A stretch of 64,000 nucleotides of DNA from Candidatus Nitrospinota bacterium M3_3B_026 (GTDB lineage: Bacteria; Nitrospinota_A; UBA7883; JBPRGF01). Both the position numbers and the translations under genes were made by a program. Below, piece after piece: positions 37,435 through 48,044 of this stretch; position 1 is the stretch's first letter, and each line of letters begins with the position of its first letter. The notes beneath the pieces are model-generated. The model did not search any database. It was not told where the DNA came from and worked only from the letters and a program-made list of their open reading frames with translations. The stretch is from the NCBI GenBank assembly GCA_051418015.1, contig JBPRGF010000029.1, positions 64,001 to 128,000 of the forward strand. Reading direction: 5' to 3'.

Positions 37435-39774
37435 TTAGTTATACGACTCCACGTCGCCGGTGTCGCGGACGTAGACCTCGCGCGGTTTGGCGCCGTCGGC
37501 GGGGCCGACGAGGCCCTGTTTCTCCATGATCTCCACGATCCTGGCGGCGCGGTTGTAGCCGATCCTCAGCCGGCGCTGGATCATCGATATCGACGCCTGG
37601 CGCGTGCGGGCGACAAGCTCCACCGCCTGGTCGTAGAACTCGTCCATATCTTCCTCCAGGGCATCCTCGGCCTCCTCGGCCTGGGGCTTTAGAATCTCCT
37701 CGTTGTAGACGGGCTCGCTCTGTCCTTTCAGGAACTTGACCACCCTGTGTATCTCCGCGTCGGAGACGAAGGGGCCCTGGATGCGGCGCAGGTCGGAGCC
37801 GGGGGGGAGGTAGAGCATATCGCCCTTGCCGAGCAGCTTCTCGGCGCCCATGGAGTCTATGATCGTGCGGGAGTCGACCCGTGAGCGGACCTGGAAGGAT
37901 ATGCGGGCCGGGAAGTTGGCCTTGATGAGCCCCGTCAGCACGTCCACGCTGGGCCGCTGGGTGGCCACGATCAGGTGTATCCCCGCCGCGCGGGCCATCT
38001 GCGCCACCCGGGCCAGGGCGTCCTCCACCTCCTTGGAGGCGATCATCATCAGGTCGGCCAGCTCGTCTATCACCACCACGATGTAGGGCAGCTTTTCCGG
38101 CAGCGGCTCCGGCGCGTCCTCCTCACCGGCGGCCGGGCGGCGTCTTGCGGCCCTGTCCGGCCTTTCCCGGATCATCCTGTTGTAGCTTTCGATGTTTCTG
38201 ACCCCAAGCTCGGAGAGGACCGCGTAGCGCCGCTCCATCTCCGCCACCACCCAGCGCAGGGCGTTGGCGGCCTTCTTGGGGTTGGTCACCACCGGGGCGA
38301 TAAGATGCGGGATACCGTCGTATATGGAAAGCTCCAGCATCTTCGGGTCGATCATGATGAACTTCACGTCCGACGGCGCGGCGCGATAGAGGATGGACAA
38401 CACCATCGCGTTTATCCCCACGCTCTTGCCGGAGCCGGTGGAGCCTGCTATCAGCAGGTGCGGTATCCTCGAAAGGTCCTCCACTATCGGCCTGCCGGTC
38501 ACGTCCCTGCCCAGGGTAAGCGGTATCTTCGCGTCGGAGCGCTGGTACTCCTCGCTGGAAAGAAGCTCCTTCAAAAAGACCGACTCCCTGTGCACGTTGG
38601 GAACCTCTATCCCCACAACCGGTTTGCCGGGAACGGGCGCCAGAATGCGCACCGACATCGCCCGCAGGCTCATGGCGAGGTCGTCGGCCAGGCTCACTAT
38701 CCTCGAAACCTTCACCCCCGGCGCCGGCTCGAACTCGAATATCGTGATGACCGGCCCTGGCAGAACCTGCGTCACCCGCCCCTCTATGCCGAAGTCCAGA
38801 AGCTTCTTTTCGAGTATCCGGGAGCTTTTCAGGAGGTCGTCCTTCGACCGGCGGACGGAGACGTTCGGGGCGGAGTCCAGCAGCTTCAACGAAGGGAACT
38901 CGTAGTCGCCCCGGTCCGCGCCGAACCTGAATATCTCCTGCTGAAAGTTTTCAGGCTCGCCGGAAGGTTTTTTGTCCCCGCCGATCTCAAGCCGTCCCGG
39001 CGGCAGCGGCGGCGGCTCCTCGGGGGCGAAGTCCACGATGTCCGGGGCGAAAACCTCTCCCCCGGCGCCTGTCCCGTCCCCGGCGCGCTCCTTCTCGCGT
39101 ATCCTGCTCTTTTTTTGTCTTACCCTGCGTTCCTCCTCGGTCTCCATCAGGATCGGTATCCTGATCCGCGCAAGCCACAAAAGCCCCCGCCAGGCCATCC
39201 GCCCGGCGGCGGCGGCCCATCTCGGGGTCACAGAGACGGCCCGGCCAAGACCATCGACGGCGGATGAAACCGGCGTCCTGGTCATGAGAAGAAGGGAGAC
39301 CAGAAAAAGCGATGAAAGTATCACGTATGACCCGTAAACCGCGAACCATGGCGCCATCGCCCGCTCCGCGACCACCTGCCCCAGCATCCCGCCGGAGGCG
39401 ACGCCGCCGAAGAGGGGATCCTCCGCCCAGTGGATATGAATAATCGCCGACGTGGAGAAGGCGAAAAGCGCAAGGCCGGAGACGAACACGGCCACAGACC
39501 ACGCCCCCGCGCCGAACAGAAGCGAAAAACCGATGTAAAAAAGACCAGCCGGCGCCGCCCAGGCCACGGACCCGGCGGCCTGGGCCGCAAGGTCGGCCAC
39601 CGTCGCGCCCATTATGCCGGCGTAGTTTTTCACCTGCGCCCCGCCGGAAAGATAGCTGTTGAAGGAAGGATCGCCCGGGTTGTAGCTTGCAAGACTCAGC
39701 CCGAGCAGAGACGCGACCGCTATCAGAAGAACCCCGCCAGCCTCTCGTATCACACCCGTTCTCGACGGCGTCAC
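37435..39774 (-). CDS. ftsK: DNA translocase FtsK
   Basis: N-terminal TM region, PHLLIAGSTGSGKS, MIDPKMLEL, IDELADLM, ATQRPSVDV, gamma domain ASISMIQRRLRIGYNRAAR. Confidence 0.97.
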   Translation of the reverse strand: MTPSRTGVIREAGGVLLIAVASLLGLSLASYNPGDPSFNSYLSGGAQVKNYAGIMGATVADLAAQAAGSVAWAAPAGLFYIGFSLLFGAGAWSVAVFVSGLALFAFSTSAIIHIHWAEDPLFGGVASGGMLGQVVAERAMAPWFAVYGSYVILSSLFLVSLLLMTRTPVSSAVDGLGRAVSVTPRWAAAAGRMAWRGLLWLARIRIPILMETEEERRVRQKKSRIREKERAGDGTGAGGEVFAPDIVDFAPEEPPPLPPGRLEIGGDKKPSGEPENFQQEIFRFGADRGDYEFPSLKLLDSAPNVSVRRSKDDLLKSSRILEKKLLDFGIEGRVTQVLPGPVITIFEFEPAPGVKVSRIVSLADDLAMSLRAMSVRILAPVPGKPVVGIEVPNVHRESVFLKELLSSEEYQRSDAKIPLTLGRDVTGRPIVEDLSRIPHLLIAGSTGSGKSVGINAMVLSILYRAAPSDVKFIMIDPKMLELSIYDGIPHLIAPVVTNPKKAANALRWVVAEMERRYAVLSELGVRNIESYNRMIRERPDRAARRRPAAGEEDAPEPLPEKLPYIVVVIDELADLMMIASKEVEDALARVAQMARAAGIHLIVATQRPSVDVLTGLIKANFPARISFQVRSRVDSRTIIDSMGAEKLLGKGDMLYLPPGSDLRRIQGPFVSDAEIHRVVKFLKGQSEPVYNEEILKPQAEEAEDALEEDMDEFYDQAVELVARTRQASISMIQRRLRIGYNRAARIVEIMEKQGLVGPADGAKPREVYVRDTGDVESYN

Positions 39775-39970
39775 GGAACCACCTTAAAGCCGCTGTTTAA
39801 CTTATGACGTATAATTATCTGAAATATAACATAGAAAGTTTTCGCCTGACAAGAGGATTGTGGATAGCGTGGAATTTTTTCGTTTTTATGTCCCCCCCCC
39901 TTGTAAAGGTGGAGAAAAAAGCAGGCTCCGGACCCCCACCTCAAAAACCCTTTCGCCGGGGGAGATTAAC

Positions 39971-40110
39971 TGTCATTCTGAGGCCCTTCGGCTTCGCTCA
40001 GGGTAAACTCCGCCAAAGAATTCCGTTGGGCATGGCAAAGGCGGACGGGATGCTTCGCTGGCGCTCAGCATGACACTGCGGGTCAACGTTCACTCCCGCT
40101 TGGGGAGGGG
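39971..40110. repeat. GTCAT...ATGAC palindromic repeat (REP-like family B)
   Basis: TGTCATTCTGAG...CTTCGCTGGCGCTCAGCATGACA. Confidence 0.65.
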
Positions 40111-40309
40111 AAAATTAAAAAAGCATATCCGGGAATCAGGGGGTTTTTCCCTTGCTTGACACCAAAGATCGGGAAGGTGGTAAAATTTCCATAAGTATGA
40201 GCGTGACAGCGGCCGTGTTCGAGGCCATCTTCATAACGGGGCGCGAGCTTTCCGCCGGACCCGCGAGCGGGCGCGCCCACAGCCTCCGGGCGGCCTGTCC
40301 TGGTGTGAC

Positions 40310-41320
40310 TTGACCCGGGATCAGAGCGAAATGACGGAGCTTGCCCTGGAGTCCGGCCCCGCCCTCCAGGATATCGCCGGAGTAGGCGACCGCAACCTGC
40401 GCCGCATCGAGAAATGGTTCGGGGTAAGCATAGTCGTCCGCGGCGGCCAGATACACGTCCGCGGCGGTGAAGAGAGCGTCCGGCATGTGGAGAGCCTGCT
40501 GTCGCAGCTTTTCGAGCTTTTCGAGGCCGGGCAGGACCTGAACAACGGCGCGCTGAAGTTCATCATCCCCGCCTTCCACGACGACCCCACGATAAAGATA
40601 AAGGACATCTTCTCGGAGAAGATACACCTGACCACCGCCCGGGCGGACATAGTCCCCCGCTCCGTCACGCAGAAGGAGTACGTCTTCGCCATGAGCCGGT
40701 TCGACATAGTGCTGGCCATAGGCCCCGCCGGGACGGGGAAGACATACCTCGCGATGGCCTGCGCCGTCTCGGATCTTCTGCGAAAGAGGGTGAGCAGGAT
40801 CATCCTGACCCGTCCCGCCGTGGAGGCGGGCGAGAAGCTGGGTTTTCTGCCGGGCGACCTTTATGAGAAGATAAACCCCTACCTGCGCCCGTTGCATGAC
40901 GCCCTGTTCGACATGCTGGAGGCCGACAGGGTGAACAGGATGATCGAACAGGGGCTTATCGAGATAGCCCCCCTGGCCTACATGCGCGGGCGGACGCTCA
41001 ACGACGCCTTCATAATCCTGGACGAGGCGCAGAACGCCACGCCGGACCAGATGAAGATGCTGCTGACGAGGCTGGGGCTGAACTCCAAGGCGGTGATAAC
41101 GGGAGACATCACACAGATTGACCTGCCCTCCAAGGCCGAGTCCGGTTTGGTGCACGTCAAGAAGGTGCTCAAGGACATACCCGGAATAAGGTTCATCACC
41201 TTCACCGAGCGCGACGTTGTGCGCCACGAGCTGGTAAAAAGGATCCTGAAAGCCTACGAGGACGACACGCGCGGCAAGAGGGGGCAGGAGGGGGAGACCC
41301 CGGAGGAGGCCGGACAATGA
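40310..41320 (+). CDS. phoH: PhoH family ATPase (YbeZ-like)
   Basis: GPAGTGKTYLA, RPAVEAGEKLGFLPG, AYMRGRT, DEAQN, GDITQIDLP. Confidence 0.95.
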   Translation: MTRDQSEMTELALESGPALQDIAGVGDRNLRRIEKWFGVSIVVRGGQIHVRGGEESVRHVESLLSQLFELFEAGQDLNNGALKFIIPAFHDDPTIKIKDIFSEKIHLTTARADIVPRSVTQKEYVFAMSRFDIVLAIGPAGTGKTYLAMACAVSDLLRKRVSRIILTRPAVEAGEKLGFLPGDLYEKINPYLRPLHDALFDMLEADRVNRMIEQGLIEIAPLAYMRGRTLNDAFIILDEAQNATPDQMKMLLTRLGLNSKAVITGDITQIDLPSKAESGLVHVKKVLKDIPGIRFITFTERDVVRHELVKRILKAYEDDTRGKRGQEGETPEEAGQ

Positions 41321-43824
41321 CGCCAGCGGGCAAGATAATCAACATAGACGCTTTCAAGAAGAAGGAAAGCGGCCTGGCGCCTTCGCGCAAGCGCCCCGGC
41401 GATGACGGCGACGCGGAGCGCAGACGGAAAGAGTTCGTCTTTCTGCTTCTTCTTTCCGTGGCGCTGGCGCTGGCGCTGATGATGACCCCGTCCCGGACAG
41501 AGACCATAAAAGTCCCCGAGGAGGGGTCCATCGCCCCGGGGAACATCAAGGCCCCGGAGGACATGCTGATAGAGGACAACGAGTCCACGGCCAAGAAAAA
41601 ACGCGAGGCCAGGGAGGCGGTCCTGGACGTCTACGACTTCGACTCCCAGGCGGAGAAGAAGATCAAGGCGAAGATCAACGAGGCCTTTTTCACCATATCC
41701 TCGGTCTATTCCACCCGCGCCGGCATGAGGGCCTACAAGGACGTGATATCAGTGTTCGACGCCGACGAGGCGGTGTCCCCTCCACCGGGGGACGGGAGCC
41801 TGGCGGAATCGCGGGCGGCCGTGAATGAGTTTGAAAACAGCGAGGCCTTCAAGGCGGCGGAGAAGGAGTTCTGGGACAAGCTCGGCGTCGAACCCGCCGA
41901 AAAGGCGCTCAAGTCCGCCCGCTATTATCATTACTCCCCCAGGATAGGCGAGATGGTCTCATCGATCATAAGCCCTATATACGCCACCGGCCTTGTCACG
42001 AGCAAAGGGCAGCTTCCGCCCACATCGGCCCGGGGGATAACCCTGAGACGTCTTTCTACCGGCGCCTCGCGGGAGGTGAAGGATTTCCAGGAGATATACG
42101 ACCTCGCCGAGGCGGAAAGACGGATCAGGAAAGAGGCGGGGGTCATGATCTCCGACAACAGGCCGGGCCTGCGCAGGCTGGTGACACACATGGCCGAGGG
42201 GCTCGTCCAGCCAAACATTACCTTTAACAAAAAGGAGACCGAGCTGCGCAAGGATAAGGCCGAGGCCGAGACCAAGCCGGTCTTTTTCCGCGTCCAGCGG
42301 GGCGAGATGATAGTCCGCGAAGGGGAGCGGGTCACGCCGGCCCACGTGGCCAAGCTCGAGCACATAGCCGGGATGGAGAAGGACCGGGGAAGGATGGAGG
42401 TGTTCTTCGGGTTCCTGGCCCTCACCCTTCTCCTGGTGACGCTCTCGTCGATCTTCGTCAACAAGTTCCACGAGGACATCCGCGGCCATCCACGGCTCCA
42501 GCTTCTGCTGGCCATGCTGCTTGTCGGGCACATGGGGCTCATCTGGGTCTTCACGCAGGTGTTCACCGTGTTCGCGCCACAGGCGGCGGGGCTGGGGATC
42601 GAGACGTACATCCTGGCCGCGCCGCTGGCCTTTGGGCCGATGATGGTCTCGATTTTTTTCAATACGGAGCTGACAGTCCTTTTCACCATAGTGGCCGCGG
42701 CGCTGACGGGCCTTTATTTCAGGGATTTTTCCATGCCCTCGCTCATCACCATGACCGGCGGGATGATCTGCGCCTACCAGGTGCGGATGTACAGCAAGCG
42801 CTCGTCGGTGATGAAGGTGGGGGCTTACGTGTCGGTGGTCAACGCCGTGGCGGTGGCGGCCTTCGCCATGGCCGGGGGCGAGCCGTTGTCGGACAGGCTG
42901 GTGAGCAGCATGGTCCTGGCGGCCATGGGGGGGGCGCTGACGGTGCTGTTCGTCTCCGGGGCCCTGCCGCTTGTGGAGGGGCTGTTTCCCGTGGTGACGG
43001 ACATAAAGCTGCTGGAGATAGTGAACCAGGACCATCCACTGCTGCGCCGGATGATAATGGAGGCGCCGGGGACCTACCAGCATTCCATGATGGTGGGCGT
43101 CCTGGCCGAGGAGGCCTGCAAGGCCATCGGCGCCAACGCTCTGCTGGCCAAGGCCGGCGCCATGTTCCACGACATCGGGAAGCTCAAGAAACCGGAGTAT
43201 TTCTCCGAAAACCAGACTCACGGCAAGAACCCCCACGACAAGCTCACCCCCTCCATGAGCACGCTGATCGTCGTCAACCACGTGAAGGAGGGGCTGGAGA
43301 TGGCCAGGCAGTACAAGCTCCTGCCCCAGATCGCCGCCATGATACCGGAGCACCACGGCACGCAGTTGGCGTCCTTCTTTTACGAGAAGGCCAAAAGGGC
43401 CGAGGACACCACCAGGGGGACGGTCAAGGAGGGCGATTTTCGGTATCCCGGCCCGGCCCCGGGATCGAAGGAGTCGGCCTGCGTGGCGCTGGCGGACAAC
43501 ATAGAGGCCCGCGCCCGCGCCTGCAAGGACCCCACGCCGCTGATGATCAAGACGCTGGTCAAGGAGGCCATAAACGACAAGTTCGAGCAGGGCCAGCTGG
43601 ACAACAGTCATCTCACCTTGAAAGACCTGGCGATGATGGAGGACAGCTTCGTGCGGGTCCTTTCGGCGATACACCACCACAGAATAGAATATCCCGGCGC
43701 GAAGGAGGGGGAGAGGCGAGGCGGCCATGGCGGTGAGCATACTCAAGAGGAAAAGGACGAAAAAACCCGGCGCGGGGCGCCTGCGGAGGAAGGCGGAGCT
43801 GATCCTGTCTTCCCTGGGTCTTGA
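41317..43824 (+). CDS. 7TM-HD / HDIG phosphohydrolase (PgpH-like)
   Basis: Extracytoplasmic domain, ~7 TM helices, APGTYQHS, FHDIGK, YFSENQ, HVKEG, EHHGT, FRYPGP, ALAD. Confidence 0.92.
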   Translation: MTPAGKIINIDAFKKKESGLAPSRKRPGDDGDAERRRKEFVFLLLLSVALALALMMTPSRTETIKVPEEGSIAPGNIKAPEDMLIEDNESTAKKKREAREAVLDVYDFDSQAEKKIKAKINEAFFTISSVYSTRAGMRAYKDVISVFDADEAVSPPPGDGSLAESRAAVNEFENSEAFKAAEKEFWDKLGVEPAEKALKSARYYHYSPRIGEMVSSIISPIYATGLVTSKGQLPPTSARGITLRRLSTGASREVKDFQEIYDLAEAERRIRKEAGVMISDNRPGLRRLVTHMAEGLVQPNITFNKKETELRKDKAEAETKPVFFRVQRGEMIVREGERVTPAHVAKLEHIAGMEKDRGRMEVFFGFLALTLLLVTLSSIFVNKFHEDIRGHPRLQLLLAMLLVGHMGLIWVFTQVFTVFAPQAAGLGIETYILAAPLAFGPMMVSIFFNTELTVLFTIVAAALTGLYFRDFSMPSLITMTGGMICAYQVRMYSKRSSVMKVGAYVSVVNAVAVAAFAMAGGEPLSDRLVSSMVLAAMGGALTVLFVSGALPLVEGLFPVVTDIKLLEIVNQDHPLLRRMIMEAPGTYQHSMMVGVLAEEACKAIGANALLAKAGAMFHDIGKLKKPEYFSENQTHGKNPHDKLTPSMSTLIVVNHVKEGLEMARQYKLLPQIAAMIPEHHGTQLASFFYEKAKRAEDTTRGTVKEGDFRYPGPAPGSKESACVALADNIEARARACKDPTPLMIKTLVKEAINDKFEQGQLDNSHLTLKDLAMMEDSFVRVLSAIHHHRIEYPGAKEGERRGGHGGEHTQEEKDEKTRRGAPAEEGGADPVFPGS

Positions 43825-44170
43825 CGGCGCCGAGCTGAGCGTCCTGCTGACGGACGACGCCGAGATACGGTCCCTCAACCGAGACTACAGGGGCAAGGAT
43901 CGCCCCACCGACGTGCTCTCTTTCTCTCAGCGGGAGGGGGAGTTTCCCGGCGTGGCCCCGGAGCAACTGGGGGATGTCGTGATATCGCTGGACACGGCCG
44001 CCCGCCAGGCCGAAAAGCTCGGCCACTCTCTCGATGATGAGGTGGAAAGACTTTTGGTCCACGGTGTATTGCACCTGGCGGGCTACGATCACGAGAAGGG
44101 CGGCGCCGAGGCCAGGCGGATGAGGGACAGGGAGAAAAAGACTCTGGAGCTTCTCGCGGGAGAGGAGTGA
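43727..44170 (+). CDS. ybeY: rRNA maturation endoribonuclease YbeY
   Basis: LNRDYRGKDRPTDVLSF, LGDVVIS, HGVLHLAGYDH. Confidence 0.96.
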   Translation: MAVSILKRKRTKKPGAGRLRRKAELILSSLGLDGAELSVLLTDDAEIRSLNRDYRGKDRPTDVLSFSQREGEFPGVAPEQLGDVVISLDTAARQAEKLGHSLDDEVERLLVHGVLHLAGYDHEKGGAEARRMRDREKKTLELLAGEE

Positions 44171-44207
44171 ACAGGAGGCCACGCATTGCGCTTCCCGGCC
44201 GGACAGC

Positions 44208-44325
44208 GGGGTCCTTCGCCTCCGGCTCAGGATGACATAGGGTAAACTTCGCCGGAGGACCCCGCTGTCCGGCGCTGGATGCTTCATACCCTTTCATTTC
44301 CTCAGGGCTTCGGTTCAGCATGACA
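44208..44325. repeat. REP-like family B repeat
   Basis: CCTTCGCCTCCGGCTCAGGATGACA and GCTTCGGTTCAGCATGACA, between convergent genes. Confidence 0.6.
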
Positions 44326-44374
44326 TTTGGAAGAGCGGCGCCACGCGCGGGCGCGGCTCGTTCCCGGGCCGTGG

Positions 44375-45430
44375 TCAGGGCAGGCTGACGGTCTTCTCCA
44401 GGACGCGGCGGAAGGCCGCGGAGGTTTTTTCGAACGAGAAGTCGTCCAGCCGATCAAGCTGCGACTCGATCATCCTTCCCCGGACGGCCCCGTCGGTTCT
44501 TATGATCTCCAAAAGCTCGGCGATCTCGTTCGGCCTCGTCTCCGGCCCGAACACCGCCCCCGCCCCCTCCATCGTGCGCCGAACCCCCGACACGGAGAGG
44601 GCCGCCACGGGGACGCGGAACCGCATCGCCTCCAGCAGGGGGACGCAGAACCCCTCGTGGCGGCTCAAGCACAGGAATGCCGACGCGCTGGCGAAGTAGT
44701 CGGCAAGCTCCCGGCCGGAGACGGCGCCGGTGAAGACAACGTCCGGCAGGTCCAGCAAATCCACGAGCCTGCGCAGGCCGCGGTAGTAGCGTCCTCCCGC
44801 GTCGAACCCTCCGGCTATCACCAGCCGGGAGTCTTTGTTTATATAGTTGCGGTAGAAGTGGAAAACCTTCAAAAGGTCGGCGTGGGCCTTGTTGGGGGCC
44901 ACCCTGCCGACGAAGAGGATGTTGAACTTCCCGTCGCCGAAGGGGTCATTCCCGGAGGGGGTGAGGTTGTCGAACCGCAGGATGAGGGGGACGACGGCGG
45001 TGTTCGAAAAACCGAGGCTTGAAAGCTCCTGTTCGTTGTAGGGGGAGACGGCGATGGCCAGCTTCGCCTTCCGCGCGAACTTTGGCAGGAGCCGCCTGCC
45101 CTCGCGGGAGTTTCGGGCGGCGGTCTCGTCATAGCCTTCGAAAAACTCCACGGGGGTGATGTTGTGGTAGACGAGGATGAGTTTTTCCACTCTCTCCAGG
45201 GCGTACTCGTTCACCGGCGAGCCGGTGGAGTAGTGGTATATCACCCACGGGTCATCGCCCCGCTCCCGCTCGAAATCGCGGCAGTCCCGCGCCTCGAGCC
45301 TGTCGTGGATGACGTCGGCGAAAATTTCCGACTCATGCCCCCACTCGCGCAGCAGCCGCTGGATTTCCGTGACCTGGTTTCCTATCGCGTCGCCGTACCA
45401 GTAGTTCGGCAGCATCTGGTGGATTTTCAT
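44375..45430 (-). CDS. Glycosyltransferase family 4
   Basis: GDAIGN, YHNITP, FVGRVAPNK, SRHEGFCVPLLEAM. Start at ATG 45430. Confidence 0.9.
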   Translation of the reverse strand: MKIHQMLPNYWYGDAIGNQVTEIQRLLREWGHESEIFADVIHDRLEARDCRDFERERGDDPWVIYHYSTGSPVNEYALERVEKLILVYHNITPVEFFEGYDETAARNSREGRRLLPKFARKAKLAIAVSPYNEQELSSLGFSNTAVVPLILRFDNLTPSGNDPFGDGKFNILFVGRVAPNKAHADLLKVFHFYRNYINKDSRLVIAGGFDAGGRYYRGLRRLVDLLDLPDVVFTGAVSGRELADYFASASAFLCLSRHEGFCVPLLEAMRFRVPVAALSVSGVRRTMEGAGAVFGPETRPNEIAELLEIIRTDGAVRGRMIESQLDRLDDFSFEKTSAAFRRVLEKTVSLP

Positions 45431-45434
45431 TCGC

Positions 45435-46628
45435 CTAAGCCGCCCGCTCCAGCGCTTCCAAAAAAATCTTGAACCGGCGGCAGATGGTGTCCCAGGTGTA
45501 GTTTTTCTCGGCATACTCCCTGCCGCGCCGCCCCATCTCATCGGCCCGCGCCGGGTCCTCCAGCAAATAATCGGTCGCCTCGGAAAACTCCGCGAAGCTT
45601 CCGAAGGCGATCCCCCCGCCGGATTCGGCCACGGCCTCGGACGTCGGGCCGCAGGCGGAGTGGACAAGGACCGGCCGCCCGGCAAGCCACGACTCCATAA
45701 TGACGAGCGAAAAACTCTCCATCAGCGAAGGCTGGCAAAGCGCCGTGGCGGCGGCGTATGCGTCGGCCTTCTCCTCCGGCGGGACGAAGCCGAGGTCGAG
45801 GGTGTCGTCCTTTATCTCTTCGGGTATGGGGACGCTCCCTGATCCGATGGAGACGAACTTCAAGGGCGAGCCGGGGTTTTTCGCCTTGTAACGGCTGAAA
45901 AAATCCATCAGCAACGGGACGTTCTTGCCTTCGTCGCGCCTGCCCACGTAGAGAATGAAGGGAACATCGCCCAGGCCGTGTTTTTCGCGGAACCGTTCGG
46001 CGTCGGCCCCTTTCACCCTGTCCACCCCCTCGCCCATGAGGATCGGCTCCGTCCGGCGCAGTCCGCCGTAAAGGCTCATGGCAAGGCGCATCTCCGCCCT
46101 GGAGTTGAAAAGCGCCGCGATGGCCCTGTCGAACATTTGTTTTGCGACCCTCATCCTGGCGTAGCCCTCGTCGTGCAGGCAGGGGATGAGGATGGAGCGT
46201 TCCGGGGCGACCTTTGTTCCCCACAGCGACAGGCCGAACAGGTACGGGATGAAAAAGTAGTAGCGGTTTTTCTTGTTGTCGCCGATGAACTCGTAGAGCG
46301 CGTCGGAGTTGACCGCGTTGGTCATGTAGTCGATCTCGTCCTCGAGGGTCACGGGCAGGCCGCGGACCAGCCGCTCGTTGGCCCTGGCGAAGGCGTGCCC
46401 GTCCACCGGGCGCGGGTGGAACCTTCTCACCGTGACGCCGTTGACGTCGTAGACCCCCGGCTCCCAGTATGGCCTGTTCCAGTCGCTCGCGAGGTTTTTA
46501 AGGGTGGTTGTGAGCACCTCCACGTCCACGCCGCGCAGGTAGAGATTCTCCGCAAGCCGGCGGCACTGCGTCTCCGCCCCGCCGCCGATGTCGTCACCGT
46601 AGAAGGGGACGACGAAGGAGGCGATCAC
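45435..46628 (-). CDS. Glycosyltransferase family 4
   Basis: GGAE, PCLHDE, YVGRRDEGKN, PSLMESFSLVIMESW. GTG start overlaps the wzt stop. Confidence 0.9.
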   Translation of the reverse strand: MIASFVVPFYGDDIGGGAETQCRRLAENLYLRGVDVEVLTTTLKNLASDWNRPYWEPGVYDVNGVTVRRFHPRPVDGHAFARANERLVRGLPVTLEDEIDYMTNAVNSDALYEFIGDNKKNRYYFFIPYLFGLSLWGTKVAPERSILIPCLHDEGYARMRVAKQMFDRAIAALFNSRAEMRLAMSLYGGLRRTEPILMGEGVDRVKGADAERFREKHGLGDVPFILYVGRRDEGKNVPLLMDFFSRYKAKNPGSPLKFVSIGSGSVPIPEEIKDDTLDLGFVPPEEKADAYAAATALCQPSLMESFSLVIMESWLAGRPVLVHSACGPTSEAVAESGGGIAFGSFAEFSEATDYLLEDPARADEMGRRGREYAEKNYTWDTICRRFKIFLEALERAA

Positions 46629-47902
46629 TGCCCTTCCTCCCTGGCCCGGGACACCGCGGCGCCTTCTATGGCCCAGGAATGGGGCGGGCGGAAGACGCCG
46701 ACCTCCTTCAGCTTGCTGCGGACGGAGAACTCGTACATCTGGTCGTGGTAGTCGTATGGATGGCCGTCCTTGGCGTGGGCCGCAAGGGAGAGGGCGTACG
46801 AGCCGTTGACGAGGTCGAGCCGGTCGAAGGTCACCGTCGCCTTTCCCGGCCCCTCGACCCTTTCTATTTTCAACCCCTCTATGTCGGTGTTGACGCCGTA
46901 GCAGAGCGACCCGTCGGTCTTGTATATGGCCACGCCGAAGACCGGCTCGGCCACGGGCTGGCGGGCCGTATACTCCACCTCCACGGACATGGCGTCGCCG
47001 GTGTGATAGACGTAGCGCTCCTCCCCGTCCGCGCCGCGCATGGTGACGCGGGTTATCTCCACCTCCCGCGTCCCCCAGCGGTTGCGCTGCTCTTCCGGCT
47101 CCTCTTTTTCTTTCTCCCTGCCGTCCAGGATTATCTTGTTCTCCGACTCCGCCACGGAGCTCAGGTACTCGTCCACCACCCGGTTGGGCTTGCCGATTCT
47201 CCTCACCTCGCCCTTGTCCACCCAGACCGCCCCGTCGCACCATCGCTCCACCTCGGGAAGGTCGTGGGTCACCAGGATGATGGTTTTGCCCGCTTTCTTG
47301 AAGGCGTCCATCTTTTCCCGGCACTTTTCGCCGAAGGACTGGTCCCCCACCGCCAGCACCTCGTCCACCAGCAGGATGTCCGGGTCGACGTGGATGGCAA
47401 CGGAGAAGCCGAGCCGCATGAACATCCCGGAGGAGTAAGTTCGCACAGGGTTGTCGATAAAATCCTCCAGCTCGGCGAAGGAGACTATCTCGTCAAACTT
47501 TTTGATTATGTCCCGCCTGCGCAGGCCCAGGATGGAGGCGTTGATGAAGACGTTCTCGCGACCCGAGAAATCCGGGTGGAACCCCGCGCCAAGCTCTATG
47601 AGGGCGGAGACGCGGCCGTTGACGGCGAGGACCCCGCTGTCGGGTTTGTATATGCCGGCGATCAGCTTCAGGATCGTGGACTTGCCGGAGCCGTTCCGGC
47701 CGATTATCCCCCACGTCTGGCCCTTCGGGACGCTGAACGAGATGTCCTTCAGCGCCTCGAAGCTCCCGTTTGGGGAGGCGGCCGGACTCGCCTTTCCGCT
47801 GATCTTCGTCAGCAGATAGCCTTTCAGCGTCTGGTAGTTGTGGCTCAGATTCACACGGCGGAACTTTTTGTTCACGCCTGCAAGCTCGATGGAGTTCTCC
47901 AT
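46625..47902 (-). CDS. wzt: Polysaccharide ABC exporter ATPase with C-terminal Wzt_C domain
   Basis: GRNGSGKST, LIELGAGFHPDFSGREN, YSSGMFMRLGF, DEVLAVGD, C-terminal carbohydrate-binding domain. Confidence 0.92.
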   Translation of the reverse strand: MENSIELAGVNKKFRRVNLSHNYQTLKGYLLTKISGKASPAASPNGSFEALKDISFSVPKGQTWGIIGRNGSGKSTILKLIAGIYKPDSGVLAVNGRVSALIELGAGFHPDFSGRENVFINASILGLRRRDIIKKFDEIVSFAELEDFIDNPVRTYSSGMFMRLGFSVAIHVDPDILLVDEVLAVGDQSFGEKCREKMDAFKKAGKTIILVTHDLPEVERWCDGAVWVDKGEVRRIGKPNRVVDEYLSSVAESENKIILDGREKEKEEPEEQRNRWGTREVEITRVTMRGADGEERYVYHTGDAMSVEVEYTARQPVAEPVFGVAIYKTDGSLCYGVNTDIEGLKIERVEGPGKATVTFDRLDLVNGSYALSLAAHAKDGHPYDYHDQMYEFSVRSKLKEVGVFRPPHSWAIEGAAVSRAREEGQ

Positions 47903-48044
47903 AGCGTTTGTAAAAATCCGGTGACAAGCGGCCCGCCGGGGCAAATCCCGCCTCCTTGACCCGCGGACGATGTTTCAAAACAAATTATACTATCACACCG
48001 CCGCTTTCAGGGCCGCCGCAGGCCGCTCGCCGCGGGAGACGGCA

